DNA from: Ilumatobacteraceae bacterium | GTDB taxonomy: Bacteria; Actinomycetota; Acidimicrobiia; Acidimicrobiales; Ilumatobacteraceae | Assembly: GCA_963716075.1 (NCBI GenBank) | Contig: CAVQST010000022.1 | Location: 41,115 to 65,114, forward strand | DNA length: 24,000 nt | Direction of reading: 5' to 3' | Part shown: in pieces, positions 1 to 9,170 of the stretch | How the letters are laid out: the number at the start of each line of letters is the position of its first letter | Numbering within the stretch: position 1 is the first letter of the stretch | Translations under genes and position numbers: made by a program | Notes under the pieces: model-generated | What the model was told of the DNA's origin: nothing | The model's database searches: none | Seen by the model: the letters and a program-made list of their open reading frames with translations, nothing else

Positions 1-2057
1 TCGGCCAGGTTCGACGTGATCGGGTTGCCGTCGCCGTCGAAACGGACCTCCTCGAACAGGGCCTGGCCCACCCCAGCGGCGATGCCCCCGTGCTGCTGTC
101 CTTCCACGAGCAGCGGAGCGAGCACCGTGCCGCAGTCGTCGACGGCCACGTGGCGCACGAGCCGCACCTTGCCGGTGTCGGTGTCGACCTCGACCACGGC
201 GATGTGCGCGCCGAACGGAAACGTGGCGCCCTCCTGATGGAAATCGAACTCGCCGTCGAGCTGTTCGCCGAGCGCCGCTGCCCGAGTGGCGAGGTCGCCC
301 CAGCTCAGCGCCTGCGCCGGCACGCCCGCCACCCCGATGGTGCCGCTGCCGGTGTCGACCACGATGTCGGCCACGTCGGCTTCGAGCAGCCGGGCCGCCA
401 GCTGCTTGGCCTTGCCCACGAGTGCCTCGGTGGCGCCGCGCACGGCCGAGCCACCGAGCTGCAGCGAACGCGATCCGCCGGTGCCGCCGCCGGTGCGCAC
501 GCGGTCGGTGTCGCCGTCGACCAGTGTGATCTGGTCGACGGCAATGCCGGTCTGGTCGGCCACCAACATGGCGTAGGCGGTCTGGTGTCCCTGCCCGTGC
601 GACTGGGTGCCGGCGTAGATCGTGGCCGTGCCGTCGGCGTGCACTTCGAGCGCCCCGAATTCGTCAGCGCCTCCGCCGGCGGTGATCTCCACGTATGACG
701 CCACACCGATGCCGAGCTGCACCGTGTCGCCTGCCTTGCGCCGACGGGCCTGTTCGACGCGCAGCTCGGTGTAGCCGGCTTCGGCGGCGGCCCGGTCGAG
801 CGGGAATGTGTAGCGACCCGAGTCGTAGGTGTTGCCCGTGAGCGTGCGGAAGGGAAACACGTCGTCGCCGAGGAAGTTTCGGCGGCGGATGTCGATCGGG
901 TCGATGCCCAACTCGAGCGCCGCCTGGTCGACCAGCCGCTCCAGCAGGGCCGTGGCCTCGGGGCGGCCGGCGCCGCGGTACGCGCCCATCGGCGTGGTGT
1001 TGGTGACCGCGACCGCCACGTCGAACTCGATGGCCGGGAACGCGTAGGTGCCCTGGGCCATGCGACGCGTGCCGCCGGGAAGGAACGCGCCGACGCTCGG
1101 GTAGGCGCCCGCGTCGCCGACGAGGCGAACGCGTAGTCCCGTGAAGTCACCGTCGCTGGTGCAGCCCAACTCCGCGTACTGCACCTGACCGCGGCTGTGG
1201 GGGAGCGCTTTCATGTCGTCGCTGCGCGGCGGCACCCACACCACTGGTCGGCCGGTGCGGCGAGCCGCTGCCCCGACAACGGTGTACTCGGCGTGGATGC
1301 CGGCCTTGCCGCCGAAGCCCCCGCCCACCTGTGGGGTGATGACACGGATCTCGCTCTGGTCCATCGACAAGGCGTTCGCGAGCTGTGCGTGCAGTCCGTG
1401 AGGCATCTGGGTGGAGGCCCAGAACGTCATCCGGCCGTCGTCGTCGATCTCGGCAGCGCAGCAGTCGGGCTCCATCGGCACCACCGCCATGCGCTGGTTG
1501 ACGTATCGGCCACGCACCACCCGATCGGCGGCATCCACGTCGGCGCGGTGCTTGTCGACGATCACCAGCGCCTGGTTGTCGCCGTGCTCGGCGAAGATCG
1601 CGCCCGCCTCGGCGGCCAACGCAGCTTCGGCATCGGTGTACGCAGGGAGCGGTTCGATGTCGGCCCACACCATCTCGGCGGCGTCCTCGCCCTGTTCGAA
1701 GGTCTCGGCGAGGACGACGGCGATCGGTTCGCCGACGAATCGCACTCGTCCGTCGGCCAGTGGCGGTCGAGCGAAGTCAGGGTGCACCGTGGCAAACCCA
1801 TGGTGCGGCGCCACGCCGAGTTCGGCGGCGGTGAGGATCTCGACCACGCCGGGCATCGCCGCCGCGTCGTCGGTGTGGATCGCCTCGATCGTGCCGTGCG
1901 CCACATCGGAACGCACGAACACGGCGTGCAACTTGCCTGGCAATGCCAGGTCGGCCAGGTACTTGCGGCTGCCGGTGAGCAGACCCGGGTCCTCCGTGCG
2001 AAGGACACGGGTCCCGAGGATCGATCCGGGGCGGGCAACGGATGCGGTGTCGGTCAC
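1..2057 (-). CDS. xanthine dehydrogenase / CoxL-family molybdopterin-binding large subunit; 3' end runs off the left edge
   Basis: Own reverse-strand translation from GTG at 2057: VTDTASVARPGSILGTRVLRTEDPGLLTGSRKYLADL..., QVGGGFGGK, PMGAYRGAGRPEATALLERL, FGAHIAVVEVDTDTGKVRLVRHVAVDDCGTVLAPLLVEGQQHGGIAAGVGQALFEE. The frame stays open to base 1, which is why it is absent from the ORF track. Confidence 0.9.
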   Translation of the reverse strand, partial: MTDTASVARPGSILGTRVLRTEDPGLLTGSRKYLADLALPGKLHAVFVRSDVAHGTIEAIHTDDAAAMPGVVEILTAAELGVAPHHGFATVHPDFARPPLADGRVRFVGEPIAVVLAETFEQGEDAAEMVWADIEPLPAYTDAEAALAAEAGAIFAEHGDNQALVIVDKHRADVDAADRVVRGRYVNQRMAVVPMEPDCCAAEIDDDGRMTFWASTQMPHGLHAQLANALSMDQSEIRVITPQVGGGFGGKAGIHAEYTVVGAAARRTGRPVVWVPPRSDDMKALPHSRGQVQYAELGCTSDGDFTGLRVRLVGDAGAYPSVGAFLPGGTRRMAQGTYAFPAIEFDVAVAVTNTTPMGAYRGAGRPEATALLERLVDQAALELGIDPIDIRRRNFLGDDVFPFRTLTGNTYDSGRYTFPLDRAAAEAGYTELRVEQARRRKAGDTVQLGIGVASYVEITAGGGADEFGALEVHADGTATIYAGTQSHGQGHQTAYAMLVADQTGIAVDQITLVDGDTDRVRTGGGTGGSRSLQLGGSAVRGATEALVGKAKQLAARLLEADVADIVVDTGSGTIGVAGVPAQALSWGDLATRAAALGEQLDGEFDFHQEGATFPFGAHIAVVEVDTDTGKVRLVRHVAVDDCGTVLAPLLVEGQQHGGIAAGVGQALFEEVRFDGDGNPITSNLA

Positions 2058-2127
2058 CGGATCGAACCTAGCGGTGTCGGCTCGGCGGTGCAGTTGCGGA
2101 ACCCGAAGTGCCAGACTCTCTCGATCC

Positions 2128-3798
2128 ATGAGCGTCGAGGAAGCAGCAGATACGCGCACCCGGCTGGCGTCCACGCTCCGCAACGCCGGGCTTCGCAGGC
2201 TCTACGGCGCCGAGGTCGTCTCGGGGGCGGGCGACGGGATCTTCTGGGTTGCGCTCGTGGTGTTCTTGTCCGACCAGCCGAGGTTCGGGCTCTGGCTGAC
2301 GCTGGCCGTGGTGGCTCGTCTCGGGCCGCGCGCGGTGCTCAGTCTGCCAGCAGGCTCACTCGTCGACCGCAGCAGACTTCGGGAGTTGATCGTGTCGATC
2401 GAGGCCGGCCGCGCCGCGATCATGGCGGGGCTGGCCGTCGTGGTCGCGCTCGACGGTCCGCCTGCCGTGGTGATCGGGCTCGTGGTGGTGTCCTACACCG
2501 TTGCGGCGCCGACGAGGCCGGCGTTGTCGAAGATCATCCCGACCATTGCGGGCGAGCGCCACCTCGCCGGGGCGAACGCCGTTCTGAGCACCGTGCGCCA
2601 GATCATGACGTTCGTCGGACCGCTGCTCGGCGTTGCTGTCGCGGCGTGGTCATCCACAGCCGGATTCGCGGTGAACGCCGCGACCTTTGCCGTGTCCGGT
2701 GTCATCCTTGCCACGGTCCGCGGGATCCCCGATCGATCCCAGCGGCCACGTTCGAGCCGACAGGGATCGTCATCCTTGAACCCGGTTGCTGCGTCGATCG
2801 ACGGCATCCGAGCCGTCCGGTCGGTCAGCGCCTTGACCCCCCTCGTTGCCCTGATCGCAACGATGTCCTTCGTTCGCGGCTCCGAGATGGTGCTGCACGT
2901 CTATCTCGTGCGCGATCAGATCGGCGACGACGTCGCCCGGGTGGGTCTGCTGAGCGGCGCCGTGGGTTTCGGCGCGCTGGTGGCGATGCCGATCGCATCG
3001 CGAGCTGCCAACTCGATCAGCCCGGTGCGGCCGATCGTGTTGTCGTTGGTGGCAACGGCAGTGCCGACGGCGTTGCTTGCCGCAGTCGGCACCACGGTCT
3101 CGGCGAGTGCCCTGCTCGTGTTCGTCGGCGTCGGGATGGTGGTCTTCGAGGTGGTCATCGTGGTGATGGTGCAGCGGATCACATCGCCGAGTGCGCTGGG
3201 GCGCGTGTTCGGGGCGATCAACGGCGCGTCGAACACCGGCAAGTTGGCTGGAGCGTTGGTGGCACCGGCGCTGCTCGCCCTGCTCGGTGTCGAGGGCGCG
3301 TTGATCGCCGTCGGCGTTGCCGTGTTCGTCGTCGGGGCTGCTGCCGCGTGGCCTCTCGTCTCGATCGGCAGGGTGGCGGCAGCGCGCCAACGCGAGTTGG
3401 CGCCAACCGTCGAGGTGCTCCGTGGACTTGCGATCTTCGATGGGGCGTCGAGCTACTCGCTGGAACGAATCGCCGGCGAGGTGGTCGAGCGTCACGTTCC
3501 TGCTGACACCGTCGTGATCGCCGAGGGTGAACCGGCCGACAACGTGTACGTGTCCCGGTCGGGTGCGCTCGTTGCCACCCGCGATGGCACCGCGGTGGGG
3601 GTGATCGGTGGGGACGACTGGTTCGGCGAGATCGGCCTGGTCGAAGAGCGACCGCGCACGGCAACCGTGACCACGACGGAGCCGACCACCGTCTGGCAGA
3701 TTCCGGGCGAGGTGTTCCTCGACGCTCTCGACGAGGCCGGGGTCGCGCCGTCGGCGCTCGTCGACGCCATCGCCGAACGCCTCGCCGCCCACCGTTGA
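2128..3798 (+). CDS. MFS-type transporter with C-terminal cyclic-nucleotide-binding (CNB) domain
   Basis: In-frame ATG at 2128 inside ORF 1411..3798. Sequence upstream of it is Ser/Ala/Arg-rich junk antisense to the neighbouring gene. Multiple hydrophobic helices (GIFWVALVVFL, AAIMAGLAVVVAL, LLVFVGVGMVVFEVVIVVMV...). C-terminal CNB signature: VVIAEGEPADNVYVSRSG...FGEIGLVEERPRTATVTT. Confidence 0.85.
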   Translation: MSVEEAADTRTRLASTLRNAGLRRLYGAEVVSGAGDGIFWVALVVFLSDQPRFGLWLTLAVVARLGPRAVLSLPAGSLVDRSRLRELIVSIEAGRAAIMAGLAVVVALDGPPAVVIGLVVVSYTVAAPTRPALSKIIPTIAGERHLAGANAVLSTVRQIMTFVGPLLGVAVAAWSSTAGFAVNAATFAVSGVILATVRGIPDRSQRPRSSRQGSSSLNPVAASIDGIRAVRSVSALTPLVALIATMSFVRGSEMVLHVYLVRDQIGDDVARVGLLSGAVGFGALVAMPIASRAANSISPVRPIVLSLVATAVPTALLAAVGTTVSASALLVFVGVGMVVFEVVIVVMVQRITSPSALGRVFGAINGASNTGKLAGALVAPALLALLGVEGALIAVGVAVFVVGAAAAWPLVSIGRVAAARQRELAPTVEVLRGLAIFDGASSYSLERIAGEVVERHVPADTVVIAEGEPADNVYVSRSGALVATRDGTAVGVIGGDDWFGEIGLVEERPRTATVTTTEPTTVWQIPGEVFLDALDEAGVAPSALVDAIAERLAAHR

Positions 3799-3830
3799 GG
3801 TGAACGCATCGTCGCTGTACGACCTGGCGG

Positions 3831-4925
3831 TCAGCCGACGGCGGCGGCGCCGAGTGCTTCGATGACTGGCTGTGCGAGCGCTCGCCCGTAGCGGTACGCA
3901 CCGCTCGACCAGACCGGACAGTCGTCGGTGACGCCGGCAACGGCCTCGCCGCTCACTGGGCAGAAATGGATCCCGTCGGGTGCCCGCACGACGTTGACCG
4001 GGAGTCCGTCGGAGTTGTAGCCGCCCTCGCAGGGTTCGGACGACAAGCACGGCAGCGTGATCGTGTACTCGTCGCCGGAGAGCACGGCGGCGCCGGCATC
4101 GGCGAACCACACGCCGTCGTGGCGGGCAGCCACGGCGCGGTAGACATCGTTGATGCGGCCGACCGCTTGAGGCGTGGGCCCGGAGAGCGGGGCGCTCGCG
4201 AACACCACGTGGGTCCCGATCGGAGCGAAGGTCGCGATGACCGCGGATGCATCAACGGCGTAGCGCTCGGCGATGGCCGGGCCGGTCACTGGCACGCCGT
4301 CGGTGCCGTGCATGCATGGCGTGAAGTTGTTGCCACTGAACTCGATGACGACGATGCCCGGTGCCAGTGATGCTGCGTCGTCCGCCATGGCAGCGAGCCA
4401 GTCGCAGATCGCCGTGCCGCCGAAGGTGCGGGTGTACACCTCGACGTCGGGTCGGTCGGCGAAGCTGTCGGCGAACGCGTGGCGTGCCTCCCATCCGAGC
4501 GAGTCGCCGTAGAGCACGACGGCCGGTCGGGTCAGTGGCCCGATCGGGTCGGGTGCCGGCTTCGAGACTGCGGCGATGTTCTCGACCTCGGGGTCGGCTG
4601 GCAACGGGCGAATCGTGGATGCCGGTGCATCCGTCGTGGTCGTCGATGTGCTGGGTGCGACGGATGCGCTGGGCGTGACGGATGTGCTGGGCGCCGAAGT
4701 GGGCGCAACGGATGTGGTGGTCGGCGTGGCCGCCGTGGTGACCGGTGGGATCATCGCTCCCGGTCCAGCAATCGCAGGTCCGGCTGAAGCGCCGCCGCTG
4801 GCGTACAGCAGGCCGAGCATCAGCAGGACGATTGCGGCGGCGGAGGCCCAACCTGCCAGACGACGACGGATGTGCTCGGACGGATTCACACCATCAGCGT
4901 CTGCCGAATCGGCGAACGCGACCAT
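3831..4925 (-). CDS. membrane-anchored SGNH/GDSL-family hydrolase with Thr/Ser/Pro-rich linker
   Basis: C-terminal 364 aa of ORF 3831..5927 starting at MVAFADSADADG (ATG 4925). The upstream part of that ORF is antisense to the crp-like gene. N-terminal TM helix (AAAIVLLMLGLLYA) and a TS/P linker. SGNH blocks: VVLYGDSLGWE, IEFSGNNF, APDGIHF. Confidence 0.75.
   Translation of the reverse strand: MVAFADSADADGVNPSEHIRRRLAGWASAAAIVLLMLGLLYASGGASAGPAIAGPGAMIPPVTTAATPTTTSVAPTSAPSTSVTPSASVAPSTSTTTTDAPASTIRPLPADPEVENIAAVSKPAPDPIGPLTRPAVVLYGDSLGWEARHAFADSFADRPDVEVYTRTFGGTAICDWLAAMADDAASLAPGIVVIEFSGNNFTPCMHGTDGVPVTGPAIAERYAVDASAVIATFAPIGTHVVFASAPLSGPTPQAVGRINDVYRAVAARHDGVWFADAGAAVLSGDEYTITLPCLSSEPCEGGYNSDGLPVNVVRAPDGIHFCPVSGEAVAGVTDDCPVWSSGAYRYGRALAQPVIEALGAAAVG
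4645..4728 (-). repeat. imperfect 18-bp in-frame tandem repeat encoding the (A/T)PS(T/A)SV linker of the SGNH hydrolase
   Basis: Plus-strand units gatgtgctgggtgcgacg (4645-4662), gatgcgctgggcgtgacg (4663-4680), gatgtgctgggcgccgaa (4681-4698), then degenerate copies to about 4728. Confidence 0.7.
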
Positions 4926-4931
4926 CACAAC

Positions 4932-4952
4932 GCGCACACATGGACTGTGCGC
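4932..4952. promoter_or_regulatory. candidate operator: perfect 7-bp inverted repeat GCGCACA-N7-TGTGCGC in the divergent SGNH/crp intergenic region
   Basis: gcgcaca catggac tgtgcgc read directly. It lies in the 105-bp gap between the divergent starts 4925(-) and 5031(+), and overlaps a TGTG-N10-CACA element at 4946-4963. Confidence 0.3.
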
Positions 4953-5030
4953 TCGGCGACACACGCTCGTTTGGTCTGCCCGGTCCGACAACGGCGCACA
5001 CCCTGCTCCGGTCCCGCTACGGTCGTGACG

Positions 5031-5738
5031 ATGGGGGACCTCTCGTCGTCGCCATCGTCGCCATCGCCGGCGCTGGACTGGCGACAACTCAGCTCGATGG
5101 CAGGGCTCGACGAGCGCGAACTCCGTTCGGCGTGCCGCCGTCGGCGGTACTCGCGCAACGAGGTGATCTTCCACGAGGGGGACCCTGCGGGCGCGCTGCA
5201 TCTGATCGACAGCGGCCACGTGGCGATCCGACTGACGGCGCCGCTGGGCGATGTCACGATCGTTGATGTCCTCCAGCAGGGCGACTGTTTCGGTGAGCGA
5301 GCGCTCGTGCATGGTGACGGCGAACGGTCGGCGGCAGCGGTCGCGATGACCAAGGTCGAGACGCTCTTGCTCGACCCGGCGAGCTTCGACGGCTTGAGCG
5401 ACGGTCGGTTCGAGATGAGTCGTTTCCTGACCCTGGTGCTGAGCGAGCGGCTCGCGGCGACGACCCGGCAGTTGCTGGAGGCCCGCTACACGCCCGCTGA
5501 GGAACGGCTCCACCGCTGCCTGCGGCGCCTCGCCGAGCAGTTCGGTGCCTTCGACGGCAACCCGATCCCGCTCACGCAGTCCGACATCGCGTCGATGACC
5601 GGCGTGACGAGATCCACGGCGAATCGCCTGCTGCGGCAGGCCGAACGTGATGGGGTGATCGCCACGGGTCGCGGGCGGATCCGCATCGTCGACGCCGAGG
5701 CGCTGCGTCGTGGAGCCGGCCCCGGCGCGTTCTGGTGA
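5031..5738 (+). CDS. Crp/Fnr-family transcriptional regulator (CNB domain + C-terminal HTH)
   Basis: ATG 5031 in ORF 4872..5738. CNB motifs: VIFHEGDPAGALHLIDSGHV, FGERALVHGDGERSAAAVA. HTH: LTQSDIASMTGVTRSTANRLLRQAERDGVI. Confidence 0.9.
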   Translation: MGDLSSSPSSPSPALDWRQLSSMAGLDERELRSACRRRRYSRNEVIFHEGDPAGALHLIDSGHVAIRLTAPLGDVTIVDVLQQGDCFGERALVHGDGERSAAAVAMTKVETLLLDPASFDGLSDGRFEMSRFLTLVLSERLAATTRQLLEARYTPAEERLHRCLRRLAEQFGAFDGNPIPLTQSDIASMTGVTRSTANRLLRQAERDGVIATGRGRIRIVDAEALRRGAGPGAFW

Positions 5739-5903
5739 TGGTGCGGGCGCCCAGCGTGCGGAGACGTTGGCGAGCCGGCCAGATGGGCGCGTGCTGACGG
5801 TGGGGCCGTCTGGGGACCCGTTGGCACCGCTCGCCCCCGGGGTTGCGGGCGTCGACGGTGTGCTGGCTACTGTCGGCTCGTGTGCATCGGGGGTGCGCCG
5901 GCG

Positions 5904-8122
5904 ATGTCGACCGGACACGAGGGGCAAGGGGACTGGGTGACAGCGAAGGCCGACTTGATCGAAAGCTTGGCGTCACGAGCGCGGGCGCTCACGTTGGCCG
6001 ATGGCGACGTGCTGGTCGAGCAGGGCGACGCGGCCGACAAGGTGTACTTCATCGAAGCGGGTCGCGTCGCCGCGTCGAAGGCGACGCCGCAGGGCGACGT
6101 GGTCGTCGGCACCGTCGGGGTCGGTCAGTTCATTGGTGAGGTGACGGTGGTTGCTGGTGGACTGCGGACAGCAACACTGACGGCTCTCGGCAAGGTCGAG
6201 GTGCTCGAGATCGATCGGGCCGACTTCGAGGACTGGCTGAATGCTCACCCGGAGATGGCCGACCGAGTGTCGGACGAAGCACGCGAGCGCGTCGATCGCA
6301 CGAACGTGGCCACGATGGTCGCCGAGTTGATGGGCAGCACGGATCACGCCGTGGTGCAGCAGGTGGTCGATCGGGTGGGTTGGCGACACCTCGAGGCCGG
6401 TGAGGTGCTGTTCCGTCAGGGAGATGTGGCCGACGCTGCGTACTTCGTGGTCGGTGGCCGGGTCTCGGTGGTGATGGTCGACGACGATGGCAGCGACGCC
6501 GGTGAGGAGCGACTCGTTGCCGAGCTCGGACGCGGCGAGGTGGTCGGCGAGCTCGGCCTGCTCGACCGGGCGCCGCGATCTGCCACGGTGAGAGCGGTTC
6601 GCGACACCACGCTGGCGTCGCTCTCGACCGCCACCTTCGAAGAACTCGTGGTCACGTACCCGTCGATGATGCTCAACGTCACCCGGCGGATCCTGAGCCG
6701 GCTGCGCAGCCCGACGCGACGCCAATTCGACCGGGCCTCGTCGCTGACCGTTGCGGTCACCGCCCCCGTCGATGCAGAGGCCTTCGTCGCCGCGATGGTG
6801 GCCGAGATCGCACGATTCGGCACCGCCAAGCACCTTTCGAGCGATCGTGTCGACCGAGTGCTGAACCGCACGGACATCTCCCAGGCGTCAACCGACAACG
6901 TCGGGGTGCCGCGCCTCGCTGAGTTCATGCACGAGGCCGACGTCGGCAACGACCACGTCGTGCTGCAGACCGACCGGGAGGTCACTCCCTGGACGCGCCG
7001 AGCGCTGCGTCAGGCCGACCGCGTGGTGGTCGTGTGTTCTCCGAACCCCGACACTGCCGAGCGGGCGCTGATCTCGGAGATCATCGAAACGATCGGCGAC
7101 GCGGGCCACGTTGCTCGGATGCTCGCTGTGCTCCACCCGAGCGCTGCCGAGCGACCGCGTCACACGGCGGCACTGCTCGAGCTGACCGGCGCCGATCACG
7201 TGGTCCACGTACGAAGTGGCCGAACGAGTGATGTCGAGCGTCTTGCCCGTCTGGCGAGTGGGCACGGCTATGGGCTGGTGCTCAGCGGCGGTGGTGCCCG
7301 TGGGTTCGCGCACCTCGGCGTCCTGCAGGCGCTCGACGAACAGGGTGTTCCGGTCGATCATGTCGCAGGGTGTTCGATGGGCTCCGCGATCGCGGCGGCG
7401 ATCGCGCTCGATCTGCACGGCGAGGAGCTGCTGGCGCTTGCCGAGCAACAGTTCCACAAGCTGCTCGACTACACACTGCCGGTGGTGTCGATCGTGAAGG
7501 GTCAGCGCATCATGGCCAACATCGATGCAACGCTCGGCGGGTGGGACATCGAGGATCTGTGGCTGCCGTTCTATTGCGTGTCGACGAATCTGACGAAGTC
7601 ACGCCTGGAAGTGCACCGGCGGGGCAGCACGGCAGTCGCCGTGCGTGCCAGCGTGGCGATTCCGGGAGTGTTGCCGCCGGTGCCGCACGACGGTGATCTG
7701 CTCGTCGACGGCGGCGTGTTGAACAACATGCCGTTCGAGGCGATGCGCGACGACAGCACGATCGGCACGGTCATCGCCGTCGACGTCGCGCCGGATCTGG
7801 GGCCGCGGCGCGGGCAGACTTCGGGCTGTCGGTGTCGGGGTTCAAGGCGCTCGGTGCGTCGCTCGGACGTTCGACGTCGATGTACCCGAGCATGACCACG
7901 GTGCTGTTGCGAAGCATGCTCACCGGTGCAGTGCGAAATCAGAAGGCGTCGATGGCCGACGGCTCGATCGACCTGCTCGTCGCGATGCATCTGCCGGGCA
8001 TCGGTTTGCTCGACTTCGAGCGGTCCCGCGAGGTCACCGAAGCCGGCTACGAAGCGTCCGTGGACATCGTGACCGAGTGGGCAGCCGCCCGAACCGACCT
8101 CCGCAAGCAGAACCAGGAGTGA
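5904..8122 (+). CDS. two CNB domains + patatin-like phospholipase (NTE-type); reading frame broken once near 7797-7822
   Basis: ORF 5880..7895 gives CNB1 (VLVEQGDAADKVYFIEAGRV...IGEVTVVAGGLRTATLTA) and CNB2 (FRQGDVADAAYFVVGGRV...VGELGLLDRAPRSATVRA). Patatin motifs: LSGGGARGFAHLGV, GCSMGS, DGGVLNNMP. After VIAVDVAPDLGP the frame turns to Arg-rich junk. The natural continuation (ADFGLSVSGFKALGASLGR...DLLVAMHLPGIGLLDFERS...) is ORF 7832..8122 in the -1 frame. Start is ATG 5904, or GTG 5880. Confidence 0.85.
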
Positions 8123-8126
8123 CCTG

Positions 8127-9170
8127 ATGCTGTTGTTGACCTTTCGTGACCTCGTGTACCGCAAGACGCGGTTCATCGTGGTCACCGTGCTCGGCGCTGT
8201 GGTGTTCGCGCTCCTGTTCGTCATGACCGGGCTCGTCAACCAGTTCAACCTCGAGCCGGCGGAGGCCGTCGAGCAGTTCGGTGCTGCGCAGTGGGTGCTG
8301 CCCGAGGGGGTGTCGGCGCCGTTCACGTCGGTGTCGGTGATGCCCGCTGCTGCCTTCGACGCCGTGGATGCCGAGACGAAGTCACCGGTGGTCATCACTC
8401 GTTCGAGCGTGTCCGACGGCGGGCCGCCTGCAGAGGTGGTGCTGGTCGGTTTCGAGCCGGGAGGTCTCGGCGCACCGCAGGTCGTCGAAGGGAACGCGCC
8501 GCAGGCCGAGGGTGAGGTTGCGCTCGACCGCACGCTCGACATCGGAGTCGGCACCGACATCACGGTGTCGGGAGCGCCGTTCACGGTGGTTGGACTCACC
8601 GAGAAGACCACCGTCCTGGCCGGCATTCCCTTTGCGTACCTGGTGCTGCCTGACGCGCAAGTGCTGGCGTTCACGTCGACCGATGTGATCAGCTCGGTGG
8701 TCGTCGCCGGCGACGTCGGCCCGCTCCCGCCGGGGCTCGCCTCGCTGTCGTCCGACGACGTGGTCGCCCAGACGTTGCAGCCGCTCGAGGGAGCGATCGC
8801 ATCGATCGACCTGGTGCGGGCGTTGCTCTGGATCGTGGCGGCCATCATCGTCGGAGCGGTCGTGTACCTGTCGGCGCTCGACCGACAACGCGACTTTGCC
8901 GTGCTCAAGGCGGTCGGCTCGTCGAACGCATCGTTGCTCGGCAGCCTGGCGTTGCAGGCCGTGATGATCGCCCTCGGTGCGGTTGCGATCGCAGCGATCA
9001 TTCAAGTGTTCCTCGCCCCGCGGTTCCCCCTGCCGGTCACGGTGCCCACGAGCGCCTTCTGGCAGTTGCCGCTGATGGCGGTGGTGATGGCACTCGCCGC
9101 CGGAGCGATCGGTATGCGAAAGGTGCTCAGATCCGATCCGTCGCAGGCATTCTCGGGGGCAGGCGCATGA
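8127..9170 (+). CDS. ABC transporter permease, FtsX/MacB-type (1 TM, extracytoplasmic domain, 3 TM)
   Basis: ORF 8127..9170. AGGAG at 8115-8119 precedes the ATG. N-terminal helix: FIVVTVLGAVVFALLFVMTGL. C-terminal FtsX-like core: DFAVLKAVGSSNASLLGSLALQAVMIALGAV. Confidence 0.8.
   Translation: MLLLTFRDLVYRKTRFIVVTVLGAVVFALLFVMTGLVNQFNLEPAEAVEQFGAAQWVLPEGVSAPFTSVSVMPAAAFDAVDAETKSPVVITRSSVSDGGPPAEVVLVGFEPGGLGAPQVVEGNAPQAEGEVALDRTLDIGVGTDITVSGAPFTVVGLTEKTTVLAGIPFAYLVLPDAQVLAFTSTDVISSVVVAGDVGPLPPGLASLSSDDVVAQTLQPLEGAIASIDLVRALLWIVAAIIVGAVVYLSALDRQRDFAVLKAVGSSNASLLGSLALQAVMIALGAVAIAAIIQVFLAPRFPLPVTVPTSAFWQLPLMAVVMALAAGAIGMRKVLRSDPSQAFSGAGA

Noticed and set aside
1197-3506. Very long ORFs such as 1197..3506(+), 2770..4110(-), 7571..9001(-), 19052..20173(-) and 21724..22854(-)
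   Set aside because: Their translations are Arg/Pro/Gly/Ala-rich with no motifs, and each lies antisense or out of frame to a gene with clear family signatures. Such ORFs are the expected stop-codon-poor artefacts of high-GC DNA.
5904-8122. CBASS/Pycsar-type anti-phage effector (patatin or CNB effector)
   Set aside because: There is no cyclase or other defence gene nearby. The dual CNB plus patatin layout matches housekeeping NTE-type esterases, and the gene sits in an operon with an ABC transporter.
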